Part shown: positions 42,746 through 50,958 of the stretch, piece after piece | Layout: the number at the start of each line of letters is the position of its first letter | How positions within the stretch are numbered: the first letter of the stretch is position 1 | Source of the DNA: Candidatus Omnitrophota bacterium | Lineage (GTDB): Bacteria; Omnitrophota; Gorgyraeia; Gorgyraeales; Gorgyraeaceae | Direction: 5' to 3' | Length of the DNA: 50,961 nt | Assembly (NCBI GenBank): GCA_013202925.1 | Contig: JABMRA010000058.1 | Coordinates: forward strand, 1-50,961 | The notes under the pieces: model-generated | The model's input: the letters and a program-made list of their open reading frames with translations, nothing else | Told to the model about the DNA's origin: nothing | Databases searched by the model: none | Translations under genes and position numbers: made by a program

Positions 42746-43890
42746 AGGTCCTCACCCGTGTTTAAGCGGCAATGGATATTGAAATCAATAAAATCCTCAC
42801 CTTTTACATTTTTCTTGGCAGCGTATTCGACCTCCGCGCTTTTAAAATATTTTAACCCTTCAAGGGTTTTTACAAATGCGAGGGTAGAAGGCATGCCTTT
42901 CGATGTCCCCTTATAAAACACATCCCCCTTGCCATTGTAATCCAGGCCGGATATCGAGATATCCGCAGGTATTAGACTATAGAAACGCTGCAGCATCTCG
43001 ACGATAAATAGCCCCTCTTCCGTGCGTTCCCTGGCAACATCTGTCCTTTTGATGAACTTATTCAGCCGTTCTATCTCGGACTGCATCCGGACCACCCGCG
43101 GCGAAAACACCCCTAGAAATCTCTTTTTCTCATAGATCTTAAAAGAGAGCGCTGCAAAAGATAGTATTACAACAAATGCTGTAAGGGAATACGTTACCAG
43201 GTTTGCCTTTCTCTTCTCCAAGCGCATCCTTTTGCCGCTGATCTCCCCAGGCAAAAGGGTGATCTTTGCCGGAAGGCCCGCAGCTGCCAGGTCGTCGGTA
43301 TATTCGCAAAAACTTGCCGGAATAGTAAAATGTTTTTCTATATGCGGCCTCGCCTCCTGGAGATCCACGCTTGATGAATACGTTACAACAATATTTTCAA
43401 TCGCAGGCGCGGCCTTTGCCTTTTCATAGGCCAGGACCGAGCGGTCTATCTCTTCCAAAAACCTCTCGCTATTTTTGAATCCCCTTGAAAAGATAGGCCG
43501 GGCCTTATCTATTACCATTATCTCTGAATCCTTCTCTCCGATATGGATGACGAAATTTACCTTATCCTGCGCCAGCACGCCTTTTTTTAACAAGAATAGA
43601 TATAATAATTCGGTATGCAGGCGCACATCATCCACATGGCCCCTGCCTGAGGTGACATCCTGGACTGTGGCCTTATTCGCAACCGCCAGCATGATGGATG
43701 AAAAACCAGGCCTGTACGAGCCGAGGATCCGGTATCCCACGACCATCTCCTGCCTCGGATACGGGATATCCTTTACGGCCTGGAAACCCACCATATTCCT
43801 GATCTCAGGATCATCAGTAGAAGGTATATCTACAAACCTAAGGAAGACCAAATGCCGCGGGATTACGAGGATGTTTTTTTCTTTGGCCAT
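42742..43890 (-). CDS. PilM-PilN fusion (GspL/MshI-like) assembly protein
   Basis: Start set to the ATG at 43890 (GGAAGGA SD; TGATG overlap with the gspK stop). Cytoplasmic PilM-like half, TM (LVTYSLTAFVVILSFAALSF), periplasmic PilN-like half. Confidence 0.55.
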   Translation of the reverse strand: MAKEKNILVIPRHLVFLRFVDIPSTDDPEIRNMVGFQAVKDIPYPRQEMVVGYRILGSYRPGFSSIMLAVANKATVQDVTSGRGHVDDVRLHTELLYLFLLKKGVLAQDKVNFVIHIGEKDSEIMVIDKARPIFSRGFKNSERFLEEIDRSVLAYEKAKAAPAIENIVVTYSSSVDLQEARPHIEKHFTIPASFCEYTDDLAAAGLPAKITLLPGEISGKRMRLEKRKANLVTYSLTAFVVILSFAALSFKIYEKKRFLGVFSPRVVRMQSEIERLNKFIKRTDVARERTEEGLFIVEMLQRFYSLIPADISISGLDYNGKGDVFYKGTSKGMPSTLAFVKTLEGLKYFKSAEVEYAAKKNVKGEDFIDFNIHCRLNTGEDL

Positions 43891-44714
43891 CAATATTCCT
43901 TCCAGTGATAGATCCTGCCTGTCCTGTCTATTACTGCCTCTATGCCCCTGAACGACTCTTTGTCTTCTGAGAAAAATGACTTTGCCCATATCCTGAAGCA
44001 GCTGGATCGCACGCTAAATAAGGCAGGGTCCAGCCCTGCTATCATACTGATATCGCTTGCGTCCCTGAATATGCCGTCGTCCTCAGTGCCCTGGTTTCCG
44101 TCAGGGCCTCTCCTGTATTCCCATACACCCTGAACCAGGCCCCGGTCTCCCAGAACTGCATAGAGTACCTTCTCGGTCGCGGTATTTATATTGACCCTGG
44201 CATCTGCACCTCTATGGATCGTGACAGAATCCCTGATCAACGAAAAGACCTCGCGCGTCATGTCCTCTACCAAAAATAATTCTTCAATGAATTCAAAGCC
44301 CTCAGCGCCCTTTTTATTCCTGTAATCCAGGATCTTTCCGGCAATGTAGCCGTCCATGCCAAGCCTGGTAAACTGGGCCTCCTGCAAGGTGCTGCTGTTC
44401 AGATTGAGCCGGCTGTCTTCGTCAGAGGCACCGTAGAATACGGTGTCGTCCCTCAATATGAGTTTTTTGGGATCTCCCTCGTCCCTGCACCAGTCCTCAT
44501 TCAGGCTGTCATACGAATTTGCATCCCTGGCAATCTCCGTAAGCATCTTCATGACGCCTGCCCTTGCCAGATACGTGGACTTTAGGCTGCGGGATTCGTG
44601 CCTGGCCAATTTTACGTCACTGGCGGCGCGACGGGAAAGGGCTATGCTCAATATCGCAAGGATGAGCAATATCCACAGGGTAAATATCAGGATGCTGCCT
44701 TTTTGCCTTGTCAT
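43890..44714 (-). CDS. gspK: GspK-like minor pseudopilin
   Basis: GSILIFTLWILLILAILSIAL N-terminus without the conserved Glu5, and the helix-hairpin-helix-like VNINTATEKVLYAVLG typical of T2SS protein K. Confidence 0.7.
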   Translation of the reverse strand: MTRQKGSILIFTLWILLILAILSIALSRRAASDVKLARHESRSLKSTYLARAGVMKMLTEIARDANSYDSLNEDWCRDEGDPKKLILRDDTVFYGASDEDSRLNLNSSTLQEAQFTRLGMDGYIAGKILDYRNKKGAEGFEFIEELFLVEDMTREVFSLIRDSVTIHRGADARVNINTATEKVLYAVLGDRGLVQGVWEYRRGPDGNQGTEDDGIFRDASDISMIAGLDPALFSVRSSCFRIWAKSFFSEDKESFRGIEAVIDRTGRIYHWKEY

Positions 44715-45304
44715 TTTTCTCCAAGTTCTCCGTGCGGGAGGAAGATCACTTTATTATAAAATCCCTTGCCCTCGTCTGCTGCCATGGAAATCCTCACGCC
44801 GGAAGGAAGCGCGCCTTTTTTCTTGCCGTCCCAAAACGCCTGCCATTCAAATTCATTAGATGGTCCTTCTGCCTTGTATGCATAGGCAAATTTTATCTCG
44901 TTCACTAAAGGGGAGACCTTTTTAATTTTTTCTTTGGTCCCTTCTATGTCTTCAGAAAAATCCCTCTCTTTTCTTACCAGTTCCTTGAGCCCGGCGCGGC
45001 TGTCTATGTTTACACTATAGGTAATGATACAGGCCCTGTCTCTGTCTCCTGCCGGGATGGTTAACGGAAAAACCATTTCTTTGTCAGTGCCGCTGAACGG
45101 TATGCCGGAAAAAAAGAAGGTCTCCTTCAATTCCTTCTCTACCCTTAAAAGGGCCAGTCTGACTTTCTGAAGAGACCTCTCATCCTCGCTCCTGCGCCAC
45201 GTCTTTATCCCCAGATTAAAGGCGCTGTAAACAGCGATGATCACTATTGTAAATATTGTAATGCTGACTATGAGTTCGATAATGGTAAATGCGCTGCGCT
45301 TCAT
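44711..45304 (-). CDS. Minor pseudopilin (GspJ-like) with a prepilin-type N-terminal methylation motif
   Basis: RSAFTIIELIVSITIFTIVIIAVY, 197 aa. Confidence 0.65.
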   Translation of the reverse strand: MKRSAFTIIELIVSITIFTIVIIAVYSAFNLGIKTWRRSEDERSLQKVRLALLRVEKELKETFFFSGIPFSGTDKEMVFPLTIPAGDRDRACIITYSVNIDSRAGLKELVRKERDFSEDIEGTKEKIKKVSPLVNEIKFAYAYKAEGPSNEFEWQAFWDGKKKGALPSGVRISMAADEGKGFYNKVIFLPHGELGEK

Positions 45305-45672
45305 TTGAAATATGTCATGATCGAGAGGTCGTATTGCGCGTTTCTTTTGTCCCAGAGGATCTTCAGCGTGACCTCATCGAGCTCCTCTTTCTCCAATTCC
45401 ACCACATCCATGCGCCAGGAAAAGGCCGAGTCAAAACCGCTCAATGCCCCGGCTGACGAACCTTTTTTTCTTTCAGCATTGCCTGCCTCGTAGATCTTCT
45501 CTTCGAGCAAAAGGCCTGCCTTAAAATAATCCTCTGAAGAATCTATTGCCCTGAGGGATATTACAAAAGAATGCAGCGCCAGCAGGATCCCTACAGAAAG
45601 GATAGCTACCGACACCATTACCTCCAGCAATAAAAATCCCTTATTCTTTTTCTTCCCAGCTGGCAATGTCAT
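45301..45672 (-). CDS. Minor pseudopilin (GspI/GspH-like)
   Basis: KGFLLLEVMVSVAILSVGILLAL prepilin motif. Start trimmed to the ATG at 45672 (or TTG at 45666). It still overlaps gspG by about 30 nt in another frame. Confidence 0.6.
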   Translation of the reverse strand: MTLPAGKKKNKGFLLLEVMVSVAILSVGILLALHSFVISLRAIDSSEDYFKAGLLLEEKIYEAGNAERKKGSSAGALSGFDSAFSWRMDVVELEKEELDEVTLKILWDKRNAQYDLSIMTYFK

Positions 45673-46054
45673 CCCCGCCGCCTTGTTTGCCGTCAGGGCC
45701 GTAGGAATACAGGTCATAGTCCGGACTGTGGTCGCCCGGTGATGCATACACATACGGATTTCCCCAGGGGTCGCTCGCCTGTCTTTTAAGATACGGCCCT
45801 TTCCAGTTTCTGACGGAAGCCGCTTTTGTGCTCAAACCAGACAGGCCTTCTTCTGTAGTCGGATATCGTCCATTGTCCAGCTCGTACAGATCGAGCGCCA
45901 CAGAGATATTGGCGTGTATATCTGCGGTGGCTGCGGATATCCTTGCCTCTTCTGAGCGGCCCACGAGCCGCGGCATCACCATTGAGACAAGCACACCTAT
46001 AATAATCACAACGAGCATCAGTTCGATCAATGTAAAACCTCGGCTAGATTTCAT
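45641..46054 (-). CDS. gspG: Major pseudopilin GspG
   Basis: RGFTLIELMLVVIIIGVL, ...DLYELDNGRYPTTEEGL...WKGPYL...DPWGNPYVY is the classical GspG signature, 137 aa. Confidence 0.9.
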   Translation of the reverse strand: MKSSRGFTLIELMLVVIIIGVLVSMVMPRLVGRSEEARISAATADIHANISVALDLYELDNGRYPTTEEGLSGLSTKAASVRNWKGPYLKRQASDPWGNPYVYASPGDHSPDYDLYSYGPDGKQGGGDDIASWEEKE

Positions 46055-46082
46055 TGAAACCCCCCTTTTTAGCCTTAAGTTA

Positions 46083-46124
46083 TAAGTTGTAAGCTATATT
46101 TAACCTCTTACAGCTTACAACTTA
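46083..46124. repeat. 13-bp perfect inverted repeat TAAGTTGTAAGCT / AGCTTACAACTTA (16-nt loop) in the gspF-gspG spacer
   Basis: Read directly. Flanked by further TAAGTT/TAAGCT-type direct repeats. Confidence 0.85.
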
Positions 46125-46143
46125 AAGCTTATAGCTATTTCTA

Positions 46144-47340
46144 TTAATGCGCGGCTAGCGATATCTGGAATACAGGCAGGAGCATTGAGAGGACGATGAA
46201 GCCCACGATAAGGCCCATGGCCAAGATCAGGACCGGCTCCAAAAGAGAAGACATTACCTTGATGGCCCTGTCAGTCTCTGTCTCGTAACTCTTTGCCACT
46301 CTTAAAAGCATCTTGTCCAAATGGCCTGCCTCTTCTCCGACTGCTGCCATGTTCACCACGAACCGCGGAAATGCGGAATTGTTCCTTATTGCCGCGGACA
46401 GCAAACTGCCTGCCTTGACATCCGCGTAAATGCGATTTATGTCCTGCCTGACAGTTTCATTGGCCGCCACTTCAGACGTTATTTTCAATGAATAGAGTAT
46501 CGGCACGCCGCTCTTTAAAAGCATGGAGAGCGTCCTCGAAAACCTCGCGAGTTCCACATCCTTTACCAATGCACTGATAATAGGTAATTTAGACACTGCC
46601 CTGCCTGAACCGCCTGTGCTTTTAATAAAAAATATCCCTACTCCTGCCAGCGCCAGCAATAAGATCCAGAAACGCCTTACGAAATCGCTCAGCCCGATGA
46701 TGATCCTCGTGGGAAGCGGCAGGACCTCGCCCATTTCAACAAACACACTGGCCAGCCTCGGTATGACAAACGCCATTAAAATAAATATCGTCACAATGCC
46801 CACTGCCGCCATCAGCGCAGGATATGCCAGGGCCATACGGATCCTGGACCTGATCAACGCCTCCTTGTCCAGAAAATCCGAGATATTGGACAGGGCCTCG
46901 CTCAACGCGCCCGAGGCCTCGCCAGCACGCACCAGGCTTACGTAGAGATTGGAAAAGATATGGGGATGGCTGGCCAGGGATTCTGAAAACGTGCTGCCCT
47001 GTTTTATCCTGTCTCTTACAGTGCGTATGATTTCTTTTAGATACGGGTGGGTTGTCTGCGTCTCAATGATACTCAGCGCGTCAAAAAGCGCCAGCCCTGA
47101 ATCCACAAGCTCTAAAAGCTGCCTTGTAAAATTTGCCAGGTCCCTGACTGCGACCCGCTGATTTGAAAAAAAAGCGTCTCTGGATTTTCTGTCAGCTGCA
47201 GAAGGCGCTTCTCTGATCCATATAGGATGACAGCCGGATGCGAGCAATCTATTTACAGCGGCAGTCTCCGAATCTGCCTCAATGTTTCCCTCTAAAACCT
47301 CGGACGGTCCTTTTTTTGCCTTGAAGAGAAAACGGCCCAT
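46144..47340 (-). CDS. gspF: Type II secretion / type IV pilus platform protein GspF/PilC
   Basis: Two T2SSF repeats and three TM segments, 398 aa. Confidence 0.9.
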   Translation of the reverse strand: MGRFLFKAKKGPSEVLEGNIEADSETAAVNRLLASGCHPIWIREAPSAADRKSRDAFFSNQRVAVRDLANFTRQLLELVDSGLALFDALSIIETQTTHPYLKEIIRTVRDRIKQGSTFSESLASHPHIFSNLYVSLVRAGEASGALSEALSNISDFLDKEALIRSRIRMALAYPALMAAVGIVTIFILMAFVIPRLASVFVEMGEVLPLPTRIIIGLSDFVRRFWILLLALAGVGIFFIKSTGGSGRAVSKLPIISALVKDVELARFSRTLSMLLKSGVPILYSLKITSEVAANETVRQDINRIYADVKAGSLLSAAIRNNSAFPRFVVNMAAVGEEAGHLDKMLLRVAKSYETETDRAIKVMSSLLEPVLILAMGLIVGFIVLSMLLPVFQISLAAH

Positions 47341-47353
47341 GCGGGAGTGAAAG

Positions 47354-49051
47354 TCAATCTTCTTTGGTGACCCTTATTACCTCGTTCATAGTGGTCAGAC
47401 CCTGTTTTATTTTTTCCCATCCATCCATGCGAAGCGTGCGCATGCCTGATCTCAGGGCCTTATTTTTTATCTGATCGGACGATGCCCTGCGAAGCACCAG
47501 ATCGCGGATATCCTCGTTCATAAACAGGAATTCATAGATGCCGGTGCGGCCCTTGTAGCCGCTAAACTTGCAGGCCTCGCAGCCCTTGCCTTCGTAAATA
47601 ACCAAGTCTTTTGGATTTCTGTCTATGCCAAATTCTTTTAACACCTTTTTATCCGGTTTCTTTTCGACCCTGCACTCCGGGCAGAGAAGCCGCACGAGTC
47701 GCTGGGCAATGAAGCACTCCACGGAACTTGACACGAGGTACGGCTCAACGCCCATGTCCAAAAGGCGCGTAATAGCGCCCGCGGCATCATTCGTATGCAA
47801 GGTGCTGAACACCAGGTGTCCTGTCAGGGCAACGCGGATAGTGGTCTCCACTGTCTCAAAGTCCCTCACCTCTCCCACCATCATGACGTCAGGGTCGTGG
47901 CGAAGCATGGAGCGGAGCCCTGTTGCAAAACTCAAACCTATGCGTGGGTGGATCTGGACCTGCGTCACGCCTTTTAATTGATATTCTATGGGGTCTTCTA
48001 TTGTTATGATCTTTTTGTCTTTTTGATTTATTTTGGACAGGCACGAATAGAGCGTGGTGGTCTTACCGCTGCCCGTAGGCCCTGTTACAAAAATAATGCC
48101 GTGGGGCTTGTGTATAAGTCTCCCCAGTCGCGCGAGGTCAAAATCGGAAAGCCCTAATCTTTTCAGGCTGTACAGCATACTGCCCGAAAGGAGTCTGATA
48201 TCAACGCTCTCGCCGAATTGCGTTGGCAGGATAGAGATCCTCAGGTCCAGCTCCTCTCCGCCCATTTTTATCTTGACGCGGCCGTCCTGGGGGAGCCTGT
48301 GCTCTGCTATATCCAGGCCAGCCATGATCTTTATCCTTGATGTGATAGCGGACCGGAAATATTTTATATTCTGCGGGATCGGGATATCGTATAGTATGCC
48401 GTCCACCCTGTATCTCACCCTCAATTCATCCTCGTAGGGCTCGATATGGATATCGGTGGCCCTGTCCCTGACTGCCTGGCCAAGGATCTGATTTACAAAT
48501 CTTATCATAGACGCGTCCTCTGCGACATCTTCTATGTCTTCTGTCCTTGCCCTGGACAATAAGATCTCCTCGATGTCTTTTCCGGCATGCATGATCTTTT
48601 CTATTGTCTCCGCGCCTACGCCGTAATATCTCCTGATGGCATCGACTATGTCTTGCCCGCCCGCCAGGACAGCATTGATATCGCAGCCCAACAGCAGCCT
48701 TAAGTCATCTAGTATCTCTATGTCCAAGGGGTCTGTAAGCGCGACGGTCAGCGCATTGTCATTAAATTTTACCGGCATGAATCTATAGTGGCAGGCAAAC
48801 CTGGCAGGGACCTTTTCAAAGACCCTCGTATCGATGCTGACGTCCTTCATCATCACGTACGGGATATTCAATTGCTCGGAAAGCGCAGGGTACAATGCCT
48901 CTTCCTTGATAAGGCCCAATTTTATCAGGGTAAGGCCGAGAAACTCGCCTGTCTTTTGATGCCCTTCCAGGCCAGTTGCCAGTTGGCTACGCGAGATCAG
49001 GCCTTTTTGAACCAGGGTCTCGCCCAGAAATACAGTCCTTCTGACCAGCAT
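47354..49051 (-). CDS. gspE: Type II secretion / type IV pilus assembly ATPase GspE/MshE with an N-terminal T2SSE_N (MshEN-like) domain
   Basis: Walker A VTGPTGSGKTTTLY, Asp/His boxes, tetracysteine CPEC...CEAC. The N-terminus carries two LGxxLVxxGLIxxxxL motifs. Confidence 0.92.
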   Translation of the reverse strand: MLVRRTVFLGETLVQKGLISRSQLATGLEGHQKTGEFLGLTLIKLGLIKEEALYPALSEQLNIPYVMMKDVSIDTRVFEKVPARFACHYRFMPVKFNDNALTVALTDPLDIEILDDLRLLLGCDINAVLAGGQDIVDAIRRYYGVGAETIEKIMHAGKDIEEILLSRARTEDIEDVAEDASMIRFVNQILGQAVRDRATDIHIEPYEDELRVRYRVDGILYDIPIPQNIKYFRSAITSRIKIMAGLDIAEHRLPQDGRVKIKMGGEELDLRISILPTQFGESVDIRLLSGSMLYSLKRLGLSDFDLARLGRLIHKPHGIIFVTGPTGSGKTTTLYSCLSKINQKDKKIITIEDPIEYQLKGVTQVQIHPRIGLSFATGLRSMLRHDPDVMMVGEVRDFETVETTIRVALTGHLVFSTLHTNDAAGAITRLLDMGVEPYLVSSSVECFIAQRLVRLLCPECRVEKKPDKKVLKEFGIDRNPKDLVIYEGKGCEACKFSGYKGRTGIYEFLFMNEDIRDLVLRRASSDQIKNKALRSGMRTLRMDGWEKIKQGLTTMNEVIRVTKED

Positions 49052-49125
49052 GCCATTTTTCTCCGGTTCCTGTTGCGCGGATTATGTAATGAGATGGAAA
49101 TCCTTCGGGTCTTCATGTAAATTAG

Positions 49126-49154
49126 ATTTTAACATAAAGCAGCGGGCGTGACAA
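49126..49154 (-). promoter_or_regulatory. sigma70-type promoter TTGTCA-17 nt-TAAAAT upstream of gspE
   Basis: Minus strand reads TTGTCAcgcccgctgctttatgtTAAAAT, with the -35 at 49149-49154 and the -10 at 49126-49131, about 75 nt upstream of the gspE ATG. Confidence 0.5.
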
Positions 49155-49188
49155 CATAAAAGCAGACACAAAAACCTGCCGGATTTGC

Positions 49189-49219
49189 TTTACACTTTTG
49201 ACATTGTTAAAAGTGTAAA
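49189..49219 (-). terminator. Hairpin TTTACACTTTT / AAAAGTGTAAA (9-nt loop) 3 nt downstream of the fabF stop
   Basis: 11-bp perfect arms, read directly. A T-run follows only after about 14 nt, so intrinsic-terminator status is uncertain. Confidence 0.4.
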
Positions 49220-49221
49220 CT

Positions 49222-50463
49222 TTAGGGGGTGAATTTTTTCAGGGCAATGGTGGCGTTGTGGCCGCCGAAACCAAGAGAATTGGAAATACAGATATTGACC
49301 TTTGACTGCCGCGCCTTGTTCGGTACGTAATTGAGGTCGCAGTCAGGGTCTGGGTTTTCGTAGTTGATGGTGGGCGGGATAATACCTTTTTCAATGGCCA
49401 TGCAGCATGCGGCAAACTCCACGCCCCCTGCAGCGCCAAGGAGATGGCCTGTCATGGATTTCGTGGATGAGATTGCAACCTTCCTTGCGCTGTCGCCGAA
49501 TACCTTTTTTATGGCGAGCGTCTCTACCTTGTCATTCAAAAGCGTGGATGTACCATGGGCATTTATATAGGAGACGTCTTCTGGTTTTACGCCCGCGTCT
49601 TTTAATGCGCTTGACATGCACCTGGCAGGGCCTTCGCCTGAAGGGTCAGGCGCTGTTATGTGATAACCGTCTCCGGACATGCCGAATCCAATGACCTCTG
49701 CATGGATCTTTGCGTTTCTCTTTTTTGCATGCTCGAGCTCCTCCAGGATTGCAATGCCAGCACCCTCTGCCATGACAAACCCGTCTCTCTCTTTATCAAA
49801 AGGACGGCTTGCGCGCTCTGGCTCGTTATTCCGGGTAGAAAGCGCCTTTAATGCGCAAAAACCTCCGACGGCGAGGGCCGTAATGCAGCTCTCTGTGCCG
49901 CCTGAGATCATTACATCCGCATCGCCATGCTGGATGATCCTGAAGGCATCTCCAAGGGCATGCGTACCTGCTGCGCATGCCGTAGTAGTGCAGGAGTTCG
50001 GGCCTTTTACATTGAACATTATAGATATATGGCCGGACGCCATATTTACGATAAGCATGGGGATGAGAAAGGGCGTTATCTTCGCAGGGCCTTTATCAAG
50101 GATGACCTTGTACTGCTCCTCTATTATCCTTAGACTTCCTATGCCTGAACCCACGAGGACGCCTACCTTAAAAGGGTCCTCTTTTGATATGTCCAGGCCT
50201 GAATCGTCCACAGCCTCCTTTGCGGCAGTCACTGCAAACTGCACGAATTTCTCCATGCGGCGCAATTCTTTTTTGGGTATAAACGGGTGGGGCGTGAAAT
50301 CCTTTACCTCGCCTGCTATGCGCGAAGTGTAATCCCTGCAGTCAAAGCTGGTCATAGGCCCGACCCCGTTCTTTCCGTTTGCAAGGCCAGACCAGAACGC
50401 TTCCTTGTTATTGCCTATCGGCGAAATCACGCCTAATCCTGTGACTACTACCCTTCGCGTCAT
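49222..50463 (-). CDS. fabF: 3-oxoacyl-ACP synthase II
   Basis: RRVVVTGLGVISPIGN start, active-site Cys region (TACAAG), HGTST and GHLLGAAG motifs, 413 aa. Confidence 0.95.
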   Translation of the reverse strand: MTRRVVVTGLGVISPIGNNKEAFWSGLANGKNGVGPMTSFDCRDYTSRIAGEVKDFTPHPFIPKKELRRMEKFVQFAVTAAKEAVDDSGLDISKEDPFKVGVLVGSGIGSLRIIEEQYKVILDKGPAKITPFLIPMLIVNMASGHISIMFNVKGPNSCTTTACAAGTHALGDAFRIIQHGDADVMISGGTESCITALAVGGFCALKALSTRNNEPERASRPFDKERDGFVMAEGAGIAILEELEHAKKRNAKIHAEVIGFGMSGDGYHITAPDPSGEGPARCMSSALKDAGVKPEDVSYINAHGTSTLLNDKVETLAIKKVFGDSARKVAISSTKSMTGHLLGAAGGVEFAACCMAIEKGIIPPTINYENPDPDCDLNYVPNKARQSKVNICISNSLGFGGHNATIALKKFTP

Positions 50464-50475
50464 AACCGACTCCTT

Positions 50476-50527
50476 AAAAACAAAGGGTTAGAGAGAGATA
50501 AAATTAAAATCTTTCCTCCTCTAACCC
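50476..50527 (-). terminator. Candidate attenuator between acpP and fabF: 9-bp stem GGGTTAGAG / CTCTAACCC with a large loop, followed on the mRNA by UUGUUUUU
   Basis: Stem at 50485-50493 / 50519-50527. Plus-strand AAAAACAA at 50476-50483. The fabF SD (AAGGAG) follows immediately. Confidence 0.4.
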
Positions 50528-50554
50528 CTCTATGCCAAATCTCTGGCAGCTCTA

Positions 50555-50794
50555 TTATTTATTCCCTGCCTTCTCTTCTATGTATTTAATGACATCGCCG
50601 ACATTGGTGATCTTTTCCGCGTCCTCATCAGGGATCTCTATGCCGAACTCCTCTTCAAGGGCCATGACGAGTTCCACGGTGTCGAGCGAGTCTGCGCCGA
50701 GGTCATCAATAAAAGAGGCCTCTGGAGTCACTTCCTCCTGTTTTACGCCCAGCTGTTCTGCTACTATAGATTTTACTTTTTCAGCAACTGCCAT
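50555..50794 (-). CDS. acpP: Acyl carrier protein
   Basis: [26 protein letters not shown] with the phosphopantetheine Ser, 79 aa; GAGGAGG SD. Confidence 0.97.
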   Translation of the reverse strand: MAVAEKVKSIVAEQLGVKQEEVTPEASFIDDLGADSLDTVELVMALEEEFGIEIPDEDAEKITNVGDVIKYIEEKAGNK

Positions 50795-50818
50795 AATCTT
50801 TCCTCCTCAAATGAGTAC

Positions 50819-50853
50819 TTTAGTTATGAAAATCTCTGATTTTCATAACTAAA
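50819..50853. repeat. Perfect 16-bp-arm hairpin TTTAGTTATGAAAATC-tct-GATTTTCATAACTAAA upstream of acpP
   Basis: Read directly. Shares AGTTATGnnAATC...GATTnnCATAACT with the hairpin at 40448-40482; the two differing positions per arm are compensatory. Confidence 0.9.
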
Positions 50854-50881
50854 TCTTCCGTGAACTTCTTCTCTGAAGGTA

Positions 50882-50958
50882 CGAATTTGACCCCCACTGT
50901 TTCGTTTTGTTTCGCTTTGCTCAACAAAAGCGAAACAAAACGGTGGGGGTAAGTTCGG
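50882..50958. repeat. About 77-bp long palindromic intergenic element, copy 2
   Basis: Aligns with 40365-40443. CCCCCAC pairs perfectly with GTGGGGG. The CGCTTT/AAAGCG change relative to copy 1 (CGTTTT/AAAACG) keeps the stem paired. Confidence 0.9.

Noticed and set aside
42360-42755. 131-aa alternative-frame ORF over the PilO/GspM-like gene
   Set aside because: It is highly basic and low complexity, with no start-site signals. The PilO-like frame has the expected TM plus ferredoxin-like pattern and operon coupling.
49679-50332. 217-aa plus-strand ORF antisense to fabF (similar cases are antisense to the GGDEF gene at 28848-29452, to acd at 36249-37170 and to etfA at 34047-35143)
   Set aside because: All are nested antisense to strongly supported genes and have no motifs of their own.
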